Positions 1 through 10,121 of a stretch of DNA of 57,987 nucleotides are shown piece after piece. Where the stretch lies: positions 1-57,987 of the IMG/VR virus record IMGVR_UViG_3300006805_000031. One strand, written 5' to 3'. Both the position numbers and the translations under genes were made by a program. How positions within the stretch are numbered: position 1 is the stretch's first letter; every line of letters starts with the position of its first letter. The stretch is from a virus. Its lineage: Duplodnaviria; Caudoviricetes. The notes under the pieces are model-generated. The model was not told the DNA's origin and did no database searches. It saw nothing but the letters and a program-made list of their open reading frames with translations.

Positions 1-1167
1 AATGTTGTTCTTCGGCATCTTGTCGTAGTAAAGATGAGGGTATCCAAGCTTTACAAGATCTAGGTTCGTTTGAAAGCCAAACGTATTTGACTCAACAGCA
101 ACAAATGCCTTATTGTATTTCAGACCATACTCGTTGATCAGCAAAGCGAATTTGTCTGGCCTGAGCTTTCCAGAATACTCTGCAACAATCTCCCCGCTAT
201 CAATCTCAACAATCTGGAATGTGGATGAGTCGGCGGCATCACCTCTAGCAACGTCACCAGCCAACAAGTATTTTTTACCTGCATCTGGACTCTTCCAGCA
301 CCAGACGTTGTTCCGTGGACCCTCATAGGATGGTGTCACCTGATCGCCAAGCAACTGTGTCATTGTTTCGTCGGGCAGAAATGTGTCTCCGCTTGACAAA
401 AACTCGCAAAGAAGCTCTTGTGCGACCTTCTTCTTGTTTCCGAGCTGACGAACCTGATCCTCATACCAAAACTGGTCGTGCTCTGGGTGCACTTGCCACG
501 GGAGCTTGATTGTGTTAAAGTTGTTTTCCTTTTTCTCTCCTCTTGTCCAAAGCTCGTAATATTGCCCTCCGACACCGTTTGGTGTCGAAATGATAATGGC
601 CTCACCACCTGTGCTCAGTGTGGGGTAGATTGCCGTCCAAATCGTATCGAAATTACGAATGAAGGCGGCCTCGTCAACGATCAACAATGACAAGGTCTCA
701 GAACGGCCGGCGTCCTCTGTGGTCGGAATAGACTTCACAACAGAGCCATTGCCAAAGCGAAGCTCGTCTTGCACGGGCTCGCTATCCGTAATCTTCAGCC
801 ACTCAGGCAGCCCAAGCATCATCTTCTTGACTTTATTCAAGAAGCTTCGGGCTGTTTCTTTTTTCGTGGCGATGGCCAGGATCACCTGGTCTCGACGGAA
901 CAAAGCTTTCCAAAGGCTATATGCGGCGGTCACCGTCGACAGACCAAGCTGCCTGCTCTTCAGAACAATGTTAAATCTGTGTCGGATGAAATCACGAATG
1001 CAGTCGTTTTGAAACGGGTACGTCTTGAAAAGAATCGTGCCCTTCTCCGTTGTCCGGATCTTGCAGTACGTGTTGATGAAATAAATTGGGTCCTTGGCAC
1101 ACTTAAGGATCTCTTCCTTCTGCGTGCTCCTAAGAACGATCCCTTTGCTTTTGGTCGGCAATGACAT
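1..1167 (-). CDS. terL: Terminase large subunit (T4 gp17-like), 3' end truncated by window edge
   Basis: Not in the ORF track because there is no stop in the window. Hand translation from ATG at 1167 gives MSLPTKSKG...KCAKDPIYFINTYCKI...YPFQ (adenine-binding motif)...VLKSRQLGLST (Walker A variant)...LLIVDEAAFI (Walker B)...IISTPNG (coupling motif)...LPWQVHPE...QELLCEF...AGDVARGDAADSS (nuclease domain)...VESN. The frame is open to position 1. Confidence 0.93.
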   Translation of the reverse strand, partial: MSLPTKSKGIVLRSTQKEEILKCAKDPIYFINTYCKIRTTEKGTILFKTYPFQNDCIRDFIRHRFNIVLKSRQLGLSTVTAAYSLWKALFRRDQVILAIATKKETARSFLNKVKKMMLGLPEWLKITDSEPVQDELRFGNGSVVKSIPTTEDAGRSETLSLLIVDEAAFIRNFDTIWTAIYPTLSTGGEAIIISTPNGVGGQYYELWTRGEKKENNFNTIKLPWQVHPEHDQFWYEDQVRQLGNKKKVAQELLCEFLSSGDTFLPDETMTQLLGDQVTPSYEGPRNNVWCWKSPDAGKKYLLAGDVARGDAADSSTFQIVEIDSGEIVAEYSGKLRPDKFALLINEYGLKYNKAFVAVESNTFGFQTNLDLVKLGYPHLYYDKMPKNNI

Positions 1168-1176
1168 GTTGCCAAC

Positions 1177-1557
1177 TCAGATCTTGAAATAGAAGAATTT
1201 ACGGTAGAGGCATGTACGCTTGACATTCACGTTGCTTGCATTAAGGGCCTGCAAGTCATCTTGTGTGTGCGTCTGCTTGAGAGTTAGCTTCTTGCCAGTG
1301 ATCTCCTTATACTCATCAACAGCCTTTTTCATGGCTGCTTGAACAAAAGCGTCCGCCTCATTACCCGCAGAACGCTTAAGGAGGTCGAGCGGGAGAATGC
1401 GTTGGAAGTTGGCCACAGACGTAAAGGTCACCTTCACAACGTCGCCAGAAATTGTCGCCTTAAGACCAACAACAGAGTCAACAGGACCAGACGTGGCGCC
1501 ACTACGAGTAAAGCTTGAATCGAGGACGGTCCCCAATGCATTAAGATCTGTTTCCAT
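1177..1557 (-). CDS. Hypothetical protein (126 aa) directly upstream of terminase
   Basis: ORF co-oriented with its neighbours and preceded by a GTATTTA late-promoter-like motif; no recognisable motif. Confidence 0.7.
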   Translation of the reverse strand: METDLNALGTVLDSSFTRSGATSGPVDSVVGLKATISGDVVKVTFTSVANFQRILPLDLLKRSAGNEADAFVQAAMKKAVDEYKEITGKKLTLKQTHTQDDLQALNASNVNVKRTCLYRKFFYFKI

Positions 1558-1587
1558 TTGATCTTAAATACGTTGGGGACCGTTTTT

Positions 1588-1770
1588 TCACTCAATGAAA
1601 GTGATGTCTCTAAGCGGGATAGCTTCTGAAGGCTCAACTCCGCTAGAACACTTCATGCATTGCCTCTTATTCTTGATGTCGAATTCGTCATCCGGGTACA
1701 AAAGCCTTTCGCATTTCGGGCAGTAAAGATGGCCTTCGTTTTCCTCCCCAATCAGATTGATTTTGATCAT
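1588..1770 (-). CDS. Small Zn-finger protein (60 aa)
   Basis: CPKC...CMKC pairs; ATGA overlap with the stop of the upstream gene at 1767-1770. Confidence 0.6.
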   Translation of the reverse strand: MIKINLIGEENEGHLYCPKCERLLYPDDEFDIKNKRQCMKCSSGVEPSEAIPLRDITFIE

Positions 1771-4700
1771 TGCTGCTGCATGATGCAGGACTTCCCATCC
1801 TGCCCCTTTCCCACCTCGATAATGCCATCAAACGCCTCTTTGATGTTTGGCACGTGTGTGATAACCAAGATGAACCGAAAGTAGCTCCTAAGGGCTCGTA
1901 GAAGCCGCACACAGGGTTCGATCTGGTTCTCGTCGAGCGTCCCAAACCCCTCATCGATAATCATGAAGTCGGGCTTTGGAAGCGTTGAGATCTGGTGCAG
2001 CACACAACGAATTGCGATCGAGGCAATCGTCTTTTCCATTCCAGAACCAAGCTCCAAAGGCGTGCTGCCGTCGGGATAAATGAGGCGAATCTCCACACCT
2101 CCCTTGTCCTCATCCGTGGATAGCTCAATGTCAAAATCTACGACACCAGCAAGAAGCATTTTTAGATTTGCATTGAGATCAGGCATGAGGGAGCCCAGAA
2201 AGATGTTCTGAACGCCTCTCTTGCTAAGACCGGCCGAGACAAGGGAGTGAATCTTGATCTGCTCTTTTAGGTCGTAGGCTCTTGACAGCTTCTTGCTATT
2301 CTCATCGAGCTTGAGCGCCGAAACGGCATTGTCTCTCTTTAATGCCTCTAGCGAGTCTCGACATACATCCCGGCTGCTCTCCATCTGAAAAAGAGCCCGC
2401 TTGGCGGCGTCGACCCGCTCCCTGACCCTCTTTGCCGAGAAAAGGGCCTCAGCAATCTTTTCAGCCTCCAAGTTTCTTTCGCATGCATCGATGAAACCTC
2501 GCTTCTTGTGGATGGCAATTTCCAATTCAGAAATCTCCGAAAGGACCCCCTTATGTTCACTCTCAATTTTCTTGAGCCGGAGGCGACCTTTAGAAACTTT
2601 GCTCTCAAGCTCCTCCAGCTCAAGAGTCCCGAGAGTGGATAGTTCAGTTTCGTAAGAGGCTACGTTTTCATCTGATTGCTCCAGGGATGCTTGTAGGGCG
2701 GGTAACTTCTTGTTTGCCTCAACGGCATCGTGGATGTAGTGGCAGCTTGGGAACTGGTCGCCACATGGGACAAGCTGCAGCTTCTTCGTTTCCTTTTTGA
2801 GGGCCAAGATTTCCTTGTGAAGCTGAGCATTCTTGGCCCTCTCCTGCGTGAGGCTTGACCGAACTTCTGCGGCGTTTTTCAGTTTGCTTTTAAGCTCTTC
2901 CTCATCAACACCCTTCACGAAAGAAAGGATGCTTTCTTTTTCTTTCACCCAGTCCATCGAGCACTTCTTTGTAAGAGAGGCCTGTAGCTCTTGCATTTGG
3001 CTCTGCAGAGCCAAGAGTTCGCTGGCTAGTTTCTTGACGTTAAATGTCTTGTCTTCCGAGCGAATGCGATCCAGTTCTGCCCGAGCAGAAAGACAGTCGG
3101 CATTCAGCTTCAAAAGTTCAGCTTCAGCAGCTGAAATCTTAAGCTCAAGCTCTTGAAGCTGAGCCTTGTTGGATGCCACAAGCTCCGCCTGAGTTTCAAG
3201 CGGCGAAGAGTTCAGCAGGAACTTTGATTCCGTTTCTAGTGCAGTGAGACGTCGGCGGGCATCGGCGTACATGCGCTCAATAAGATCCAAACCGACCACC
3301 CTTGAAAGAAAATGCTTGCGTGCAGGAGCGTCATGATTTACAAACTTCATGACATTAAACTGCGTAGAGACAGCTGTCATGAGAAAGTCATCGGAACCAC
3401 CTACGACTCGCTGAATGCTCCTGTCTGTTTGGTTGCGTTGTTCCCCCGTGAAGTCTTCATTGTCGGTTACGAACTTGACAGTCGTTAGGGACGTTTCCTG
3501 CAGCTTGTTTTTGACACGCTGCGTCTTTCGAAAGACGTAGTGTCGTTGGCCATTGACAATGAATTGAACCTCTGCAGAACCAGCTGAGGCATTCTTGTTG
3601 ATCATGTGATGCATCTTCTGGCTATCACGATCTGATACGTTGTGGAGGCCATACATCAATGATGCGACCAGCGATGACTTGCCAGTTCGATTTGGGCCCA
3701 TGATCCCAACAATACCTTGCAGGGGATCAAACTTGATGCTATTATCCTCTCCAAACGCAAAAAGGTTTGAGAAGTTCATGCATGACAAAGTCCAGACATT
3801 TCCTCTCTGCAGGTCCTCCTCATGGGCGTTTGCATGGTACAAGGCAGCTGTCAGATCCTCCATTCCGGCCCATGTGCTTTTCGCAAAGCGCTGATCGTTG
3901 TAGAATTTCTGCAATGCATTGAAAATGCTTGCTGCTCCGAACTTAAGTCCCTTTCCGCTGACGGCACCTTGAATACGCTCTTGTAGATTTTTGTCGTCGA
4001 TCTTGGGAACAATCTCAAGAGGCGAGCACTGCCTCACCAAAGCGTCGGAGAGCTTCTGAAAGTCTACGGCGGGGACAGGGACATCCGAGCGGACCCTCAC
4101 TCGACCACCAGAAACCAAATTGGCGGCTGCCTTCATGGTGTTCTTGACGCTGCCCGCCCAATCAATGGTTTGGAATGGGCATGGATTTACGAGCTTAACC
4201 CAAGCGTAATCACGGACGCTTTTATTTGCGGCATCAAGGTCCCAAACAATGAATCCGTGCTCTAGGTCCTCTGCGTAAGTGTTTTGTAGGGCTGAGCCTG
4301 GATATGCAATCCAGGGCATGTTCTTGCCATTTGGGAAGTCTTTGGTTCCGAGAGTTTGGTACTTGTGGATGTCCCCCAGGAAAACAACGTCATAGCCAAG
4401 AGCCGTAAAGTCTCCGACCTTGACATGTCCCTCAATGTTCCATTCCGCCTCAGATACGCTACCTGCGACTGGGCCATGGTAGCACCCCACCAGCATCGCT
4501 TCTTCACCCGCCTCTTGGCGTGGAGAGGAATCCCAGCCACCCTCATCAAAAATGGAGTGCACATAGAATTTGATCGTCTCATCAGACGATGTCGTGTGCG
4601 AATAAAGACCGCTGTGCTTCCAAACCTGAATTCTTGGATGGTTAACCGCAGAGACAATCGGCGAGACAGCGTCTTGGCGGGTCAGGTTTGTGAGTGCCCC

Positions 4701-4946
4701 ATCGTGGTTTCCAAGGATGAGGCGGGTTTCTGCAGCGTCCCCCAATAGCTTCAACCACCAAGACATCAACTCGATGTACTCTGGGGTGATGCCGGTAGTC
4801 TTGGTATGAAAGATGTCGCCGCCGACAAAGATCATATCCACATTGTGACTGCGCACCTTGTCAACGAAATCCTCGAAGACCTTACGAATCTCCTCGTGCC
4901 TGGAGATTCCACGGATATGAATGTCGGAAATGTGAGCGATTCTCAT
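1767..4946 (-). CDS. Mre11/SbcD nuclease - Rad50/SbcC ABC-ATPase fusion (T4 gp47+gp46-like)
   Basis: N-terminal metallophosphoesterase motifs SDIH, GGDIFH, GNHD, YHG, LGDIH, YPGS. Then Walker A GPNRTGKSS, a long coiled coil with central Cys pair PCGDQFPSC, signature LGSGMEK, Walker B/D-loop MIIDEGFGTLD and H-loop VITH. Confidence 0.93.
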   Translation of the reverse strand: MRIAHISDIHIRGISRHEEIRKVFEDFVDKVRSHNVDMIFVGGDIFHTKTTGITPEYIELMSWWLKLLGDAAETRLILGNHDGALTNLTRQDAVSPIVSAVNHPRIQVWKHSGLYSHTTSSDETIKFYVHSIFDEGGWDSSPRQEAGEEAMLVGCYHGPVAGSVSEAEWNIEGHVKVGDFTALGYDVVFLGDIHKYQTLGTKDFPNGKNMPWIAYPGSALQNTYAEDLEHGFIVWDLDAANKSVRDYAWVKLVNPCPFQTIDWAGSVKNTMKAAANLVSGGRVRVRSDVPVPAVDFQKLSDALVRQCSPLEIVPKIDDKNLQERIQGAVSGKGLKFGAASIFNALQKFYNDQRFAKSTWAGMEDLTAALYHANAHEEDLQRGNVWTLSCMNFSNLFAFGEDNSIKFDPLQGIVGIMGPNRTGKSSLVASLMYGLHNVSDRDSQKMHHMINKNASAGSAEVQFIVNGQRHYVFRKTQRVKNKLQETSLTTVKFVTDNEDFTGEQRNQTDRSIQRVVGGSDDFLMTAVSTQFNVMKFVNHDAPARKHFLSRVVGLDLIERMYADARRRLTALETESKFLLNSSPLETQAELVASNKAQLQELELKISAAEAELLKLNADCLSARAELDRIRSEDKTFNVKKLASELLALQSQMQELQASLTKKCSMDWVKEKESILSFVKGVDEEELKSKLKNAAEVRSSLTQERAKNAQLHKEILALKKETKKLQLVPCGDQFPSCHYIHDAVEANKKLPALQASLEQSDENVASYETELSTLGTLELEELESKVSKGRLRLKKIESEHKGVLSEISELEIAIHKKRGFIDACERNLEAEKIAEALFSAKRVRERVDAAKRALFQMESSRDVCRDSLEALKRDNAVSALKLDENSKKLSRAYDLKEQIKIHSLVSAGLSKRGVQNIFLGSLMPDLNANLKMLLAGVVDFDIELSTDEDKGGVEIRLIYPDGSTPLELGSGMEKTIASIAIRCVLHQISTLPKPDFMIIDEGFGTLDENQIEPCVRLLRALRSYFRFILVITHVPNIKEAFDGIIEVGKGQDGKSCIMQQQ

Positions 4947-4958
4947 GCGTGTTATATT

Positions 4959-5951
4959 CTACCTCAAAAGACGTGGCATGGCAAGATCAAAGATGCGTGT
5001 TTTCAGATCGAATTCTTGTTGGCCTGAGCCATAAATCTCTTTCATCGCTTTGTTGCCAAGGGAGGCCGGATCAGTTCCGGCTGGAAACGTCAAAAACCGA
5101 ACTTCAACCCCAAAAGCCTGGAAGGCACTGGCCACTCGGTTTCGCTTACGGTTGGCATCTGGATCAAAGCCAAGGACGACTCTTGGCGTGGGAGCTGAGA
5201 TGATCCTGTGAAATAGAAGGCTGTCCTCGTGCACCGTTGAGCCCAACATGGAAACGGTATTGATCCCTTGGCAGGCAGCCCAGTCAAATGGACCCTCCAC
5301 CAATAAAAGCTCTTTGTTGAAGTCAACATCCAGCTCGTTGAATACAATAAGATTCCGACGGGTGCTGGCGTTCATGTACTTGAAGTTGGAGCCAATCGCA
5401 CTTCTGCCCGTAAAATAGTTTACATTTCCGTCGGGGCCGAAGCTAGGCATGATGACACGGCCATAAAACTCAGGGTCCGAAGAAATCCCAAGGCGGCACC
5501 TCTTGAAGTCCGCCAGAGTCAAGCCACGCCCTTGCAGATAGCTGATACACTTCTGGACAATACTTGACTGGCTATCCAAGAGCCGATCCAGCAACTGAAA
5601 TCCTGCAGGGAGCGCCATTCCGGCAGCTGCCTCCTCAGCAACCTGCTGCAACAGCGCCTTGGGTGGGGTGTAATGGGCTCTGGCAGGCCCGTAGACCGAT
5701 TCGCACTCCTGTAAGGCCTGTCCACCCATACCTGCGGCAATAAAGGCCCTGTGGGGCGCCCCGGAGCGCCAATCGCACACCCAGCAATGATTTGCCCCGT
5801 CGGAAGTCCGAAAGGTCAACTTTTTCTTCTTGTAGTCTTTGCTGTCGCAAAATGGGCAGTAAACAGAAAGGTTTTGGCCGTCCGCAGAAGCCGAGATCTT
5901 ACCGAAATATTTTGCGATCAGCTTGTACTTTTCCGAATCAGTGCCGAGCAT
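4959..5951 (-). CDS. DNA primase (Zn-binding domain + TOPRIM), DnaG/T4 gp61-like
   Basis: CPFC...HCWVC zinc ribbon, YLQGRGL, GRVIMP...FTGR, KYMN, VEGPFD, GFDPD. The ATG at 5951 is preferred over the TTG at 6008 because it avoids overlap with the upstream gene and has a TAGACT -10 element 7 nt upstream. Confidence 0.9.
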   Translation of the reverse strand: MLGTDSEKYKLIAKYFGKISASADGQNLSVYCPFCDSKDYKKKKLTFRTSDGANHCWVCDWRSGAPHRAFIAAGMGGQALQECESVYGPARAHYTPPKALLQQVAEEAAAGMALPAGFQLLDRLLDSQSSIVQKCISYLQGRGLTLADFKRCRLGISSDPEFYGRVIMPSFGPDGNVNYFTGRSAIGSNFKYMNASTRRNLIVFNELDVDFNKELLLVEGPFDWAACQGINTVSMLGSTVHEDSLLFHRIISAPTPRVVLGFDPDANRKRNRVASAFQAFGVEVRFLTFPAGTDPASLGNKAMKEIYGSGQQEFDLKTRIFDLAMPRLLR

Positions 5952-5964
5952 GTGGCTCAGTCTA

Positions 5965-6528
5965 TCACTTCTTCTTCCTGGTTTCAAGCAGCTGTAGAGA
6001 TTTCGCAATTACGAAAGCATCAGCCCTGTCATAGCAGAAGTCTTTAGGAGTGCCAGTCCGCTTCGTTGGGTAAGGCATCCCGGACAAAAACCCAGATTGA
6101 GAATAGAGGATCTCGAACGTTTGAGTTTTTTGGTTTTTGCCGCACTTCTTTGCAGGCAAAAGCTTGATCCCCAACGCTTTTCTGGAGTTGTTTGCTGAGA
6201 TCATTCGGCTGTGGAGGCCATACTTCTCCCTCAAAAAGTTACGGATGAGTACGTTGAACTCAATGAGCGTTACAATTGTATTGATGCTCGACTTACCTGG
6301 GGTGAACATCCGCAGCGGTTCCTCTACCTGGCAAAGCATTGGCACATCCGGAAGTTGCGCCATCAGCTCGGCAAAGCGCAACTTAAAGTGCTCAAGCTTG
6401 TTGAAAGCCCCTTCGATATCTTCTGTCTCAATGTGGTCAAACAGTAAGATGGTGCCGGCGGCATCAAGGGCCACAACTCCCGTGTATTTTGTGGAGATAT
6501 CGAGCCCTAGATAGATTTCACCAGTCAT
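5965..6528 (-). CDS. RuvC-like Holliday junction resolvase
   Basis: YLGLDISTKYTGVV (first catalytic Asp), QVEEP (Glu), DRADAFVIA (C-terminal Asp pair): the RNase H-fold resolvase pattern. Confidence 0.85.
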   Translation of the reverse strand: MTGEIYLGLDISTKYTGVVALDAAGTILLFDHIETEDIEGAFNKLEHFKLRFAELMAQLPDVPMLCQVEEPLRMFTPGKSSINTIVTLIEFNVLIRNFLREKYGLHSRMISANNSRKALGIKLLPAKKCGKNQKTQTFEILYSQSGFLSGMPYPTKRTGTPKDFCYDRADAFVIAKSLQLLETRKKK

Positions 6529-8851
6529 ACGAAAGTTTGATCACCATTTTGTCGCCTGTGTACTTCTTGATTGGTTTTGCCAACCTCGCACGCATGACGA
6601 CATCGTATTCGTCATCATGGATGTTGACTTCCGAAATATACACATACCCACTATGGTCGGCGTCAAGCGTGACGTCTTCTGATTTTGGCGCATTTGCGAA
6701 TGTGGGATTTACTGAGAAGTTAGATTGATCCACATTCAACTCGGCATCGAACTTGGTTGTGTGAATCCTCTTCTCTCCCTTGAACTCTAGTCTGAATTGG
6801 GTCTTCCCAAAGTGGTTAATCGTTGGGTCCAGAACCACAATCTGTCCTTCGTCATACAAAACGAACCCTACATTGGCCCATGGTGCTGGTGAGCCAGTAG
6901 TGTCTGCTCTGTAAAGCCCACCGGTGCCATTGTCACACAACGTAATTTGCGTTCCAGTGGCGCTTCCAGACAAACCAACATCTCGAATCTTAAGCGTGCC
7001 AGGCCGAATCCTTGTGCTGTAGAACAAGGAACTTACGTCAAACAAGGACACTTCATTGGAGGATGCGTCGCCAGTTCTGCGATAAATTGTTGGGGAGTTA
7101 TGGGCTGATTGAGTTGGATTCTCAGGAGTTGGGTAATACATCTCCTGGAGTGGATCCGACCCAACGCTTCCGCTGATTAAATTTCCAAGATAAATCAAGC
7201 TAGGGTCTGGTGCGCCTGACCAATCTCGGAGCACCCCAAATGTAGAGCCGCTTGTGTAGCTGCCAATATCACTGTAGTCGGGGACCCAATTCCCGTCATC
7301 GCATGGTCGAATCAACCCATTTCTTGCGACAACGGACTTTTGACCATACAGAATTGAATTTGCGGTTTCAGGCCCTGAATACCCTTCAATGATGCTGCAC
7401 GAAAGTTCCAGTAGGCGTGGGTCGAGCCCGCCAACGGGATCACGCACGTAGTTTTCCAAATTCGACAAAAACCCGTCGACCGAAAATGACATATCGATGT
7501 TGAACGGAGTGCTCGTCGTATCATCTTGGGTCTGAAAAGGTGTGACAGGGACCCCACCATATGTGCCCACAAACTTACGAAACGGGGCTTCTTCTCGGAA
7601 CTTTGGACCCACCTTGAAAACAAGACCAGCCTCCCCGAGCGAAGTTTCCTTTACCTTATCCCCAATGTAGGTTGAACTGATATAAGATAGAGGTTTGTAC
7701 GCATGAAAAACCTCAAAACCATGCATATCTGCAGATAGCTGCTCTTGCACGCTTGAGGACGCAGGGTAATCCACCCCGATTGTTGAATTCAGAACCTGCA
7801 GGCCTTCACGTTCACCAACATCTCCAGAGAAATACAGAGAGTGTGAGCTTGTCCCAAAATTGGGCCCAATAATTGAGGCGCCAAGAGACAGAACCTGTGG
7901 GGCCTCTTTTGACCCAAGTTGAGGGCGCATTGATGAAAACGGCAATGGGATACTTCCAACAACCTGGTTATCTACAAGGATTGTTCCCGTACCTGCATTT
8001 TGATTTGCGCCCCAACGAAACACAACATCGTGCCAGTCACCCCTTGATAGAGCATTGTCGTCACTCAAAACAGCATAGATGCCGGTTCCTGAGCCAGGCG
8101 TTACTGTTGCTGCTGGAATATCCGCAGACGAAGAAAATTGGGCCAAGATTCGGAACCCAAGCGGCATGCCGTCTTCCCCAATGGAGCTTCCGGACACCAA
8201 AGAAAACTTGTAGGTCGAAGAAAGGTGTGCGATAGTGCCTGCAGGGTATGAGATTGATGACACCCTAGGGTTAATCTGGAATCTCAGAGTTAGAGCATCA
8301 TTTGGGATCAGAGCACCAACTGCAGTTCCGGACACATTTGATGAACTCAAAACAGGATACAGCAATGCGCTTCCCGTCGGGAGACTAGACCCTCGACGAA
8401 AAGACAAGCAGTGGTAGTTCCTCACTGCCCATTGGTATGCGAAATTATTTACAGCATACCACGGACAATATGTCTCCCTAATCACCCTCTTCTTCAGAAA
8501 TGTTTCTGTGAGGTCAGTACCTGGCCGGTATCGGTCAATCTCCACATTGCTTACCGTAGACAGGGGCTCTACGGCCGAAACTGCAGCCAGGTAGTTCTGT
8601 ACATGGCTTGTCAGATTTGTGGTTGTTTGAGGTTTCTGGAGCGCCTGCAGGGCGGCTGAGTATCCGGCTTCTTGGGCTGGAGTTCCCAGGTAAGAACTCC
8701 CCTGCAGGGCTTTGCGGATGCGTGAATTGTTCGCATAGAATGAGAACCCACCAGAGCTGCCAGAAAAGCTGGAGGACACGAATACTGTTTTCGGTGAAAC
8801 AACAATCGTGAAATTCTCCTGATTTTCTGGCTTTAGGCGTTTTAGCGACAT
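6518..8851 (-). CDS. Virion structural protein (777 aa) with LamG-like region and C-terminal tail-collar-like motif
   Basis: GDWHDVVFRW...ILVDNQ LamG-like strands; C-terminus YISEVNIHDDEYDVVMRARLAKPIKK...KLSYDW is paralogous to the next gene. Confidence 0.6.
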   Translation of the reverse strand: MSLKRLKPENQENFTIVVSPKTVFVSSSFSGSSGGFSFYANNSRIRKALQGSSYLGTPAQEAGYSAALQALQKPQTTTNLTSHVQNYLAAVSAVEPLSTVSNVEIDRYRPGTDLTETFLKKRVIRETYCPWYAVNNFAYQWAVRNYHCLSFRRGSSLPTGSALLYPVLSSSNVSGTAVGALIPNDALTLRFQINPRVSSISYPAGTIAHLSSTYKFSLVSGSSIGEDGMPLGFRILAQFSSSADIPAATVTPGSGTGIYAVLSDDNALSRGDWHDVVFRWGANQNAGTGTILVDNQVVGSIPLPFSSMRPQLGSKEAPQVLSLGASIIGPNFGTSSHSLYFSGDVGEREGLQVLNSTIGVDYPASSSVQEQLSADMHGFEVFHAYKPLSYISSTYIGDKVKETSLGEAGLVFKVGPKFREEAPFRKFVGTYGGVPVTPFQTQDDTTSTPFNIDMSFSVDGFLSNLENYVRDPVGGLDPRLLELSCSIIEGYSGPETANSILYGQKSVVARNGLIRPCDDGNWVPDYSDIGSYTSGSTFGVLRDWSGAPDPSLIYLGNLISGSVGSDPLQEMYYPTPENPTQSAHNSPTIYRRTGDASSNEVSLFDVSSLFYSTRIRPGTLKIRDVGLSGSATGTQITLCDNGTGGLYRADTTGSPAPWANVGFVLYDEGQIVVLDPTINHFGKTQFRLEFKGEKRIHTTKFDAELNVDQSNFSVNPTFANAPKSEDVTLDADHSGYVYISEVNIHDDEYDVVMRARLAKPIKKYTGDKMVIKLSYDW

Positions 8852-8855
8852 GGGC

Positions 8856-10118
8856 TCAAAAGTCGATGCGGAGACGAATGGTGAACTCTTTCTCTGGGTT
8901 CTTTTCCACTGGCCGGCTTAGCTTGGCCACCGCAAGCAAGTTGTCGCTTGCGTCATACAAGCCCACAGACGTAATGAATGTGAATGTTTGCTGAGTTAGC
9001 TCTTGTCCTGGATCCACAACAACGATCCTGTCATTTGCGTCTCGGAAAGTTGGATTAGATGAGTAGTTTGCGTCATCTGGGTCCACACGGCAGTACACGA
9101 GCGTCGAGTTGATCGTTGTGACATTCGAAAACGTCAATGCGCTTGTTGAGCCCGAATGGAATCGCACAGACCCAATATGGTCGATGATGTCATCCATAGA
9201 GCCCGAAACCATGAAGTCAGGAATAAAAGACTGCGGAGATGGTGAGCCTGTGGTTCCGCCAGTGGTACCAAGTTGGCCAATGGCCATGTACCCAGGAACC
9301 AACCCAAAGGTCCCGCTAACAACTGTCCCGGCGGCATGGATAACGCCAGAAACATGCTGTGAGCCGCTCATTACCTTAGCGAGATCGAGAACCGCAACTC
9401 CACGATCGTAAAACAGAAGCCCGATCGACTTTGTGGTGTCTGATGCATCTACAATAGACCCAACCTCGCCAGCAACCGTGGTAAATCGATTTGTGCTAGA
9501 GCCAGCATCTGTGTACAATTTGTTACCCGTGCTCAGTGCGGTCCCGCTCACAACCGTGTTGAGGTTGCCCGGAAAGTTTGAGCCACTGGCATCGTTCGCA
9601 AGCTTCAGGAAGCGTGTGCTGAATGTTTCAGGCTTGATTTTATCACGAGCAAAGAGACGCTTGAAACTCAGAAACAGAACGGGGTCCATTTTGTCGCTCA
9701 GGGACGTTGAGTCGAATGGCGCCTGAAATTGTCCATCGGGGTCCCCCAGGAGGGAAGACGCCATCATTCGATACATGTCAATCTTCTCTCGCATCATGAG
9801 AGAGGAAGATAGAAACAATGGCTTGCCCGCAGTGTCCGTGCCGCTCTTTACAGCGTTCACAATTGAGCCTGTGTAGAACAAGCCAACTGTCATGTCCATG
9901 AACGCATTTGCGGAGGACGTCGTAAAATCCTGATCGAAAACAGTCTGATAGATCGAGGATGTCACGCCTGGTCCAGCATCCGTACCAGAAGCGTAATGCT
10001 GGTACTTTTGACGAGAGGCGCTGCTTGAAATGTCGTTAGACAGTACGTCTACGATCTGATTCAAAAACGAGCGGGATGTCTTGATATCCTTGGCTTCTAG
10101 CGGTTTGTAAATGGACAT
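8856..10118 (-). CDS. Virion structural/baseplate protein (420 aa)
   Basis: C-terminus FITSVGLYDASDNLLAVAKLSRPVEK...IRLRIDF; shares RxxIxPxT, GxxxYDxG and NxSxNPTF blocks with the 777-aa neighbour. Confidence 0.65.
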   Translation of the reverse strand: MSIYKPLEAKDIKTSRSFLNQIVDVLSNDISSSASRQKYQHYASGTDAGPGVTSSIYQTVFDQDFTTSSANAFMDMTVGLFYTGSIVNAVKSGTDTAGKPLFLSSSLMMREKIDMYRMMASSLLGDPDGQFQAPFDSTSLSDKMDPVLFLSFKRLFARDKIKPETFSTRFLKLANDASGSNFPGNLNTVVSGTALSTGNKLYTDAGSSTNRFTTVAGEVGSIVDASDTTKSIGLLFYDRGVAVLDLAKVMSGSQHVSGVIHAAGTVVSGTFGLVPGYMAIGQLGTTGGTTGSPSPQSFIPDFMVSGSMDDIIDHIGSVRFHSGSTSALTFSNVTTINSTLVYCRVDPDDANYSSNPTFRDANDRIVVVDPGQELTQQTFTFITSVGLYDASDNLLAVAKLSRPVEKNPEKEFTIRLRIDF

Positions 10119-10121
10119 TTC

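Noticed and set aside
570-587. Hairpin CGACACC-GTTT-GGTGTCG
   Set aside because: Inside terL, encoding the conserved STPNGVG; a single 7-bp stem is expected by chance.
113-1226. Short ORFs listed in the track at the left edge
   Set aside because: All overlap the unlisted terminase frame (1167 to <1, minus strand), which carries every expected motif.
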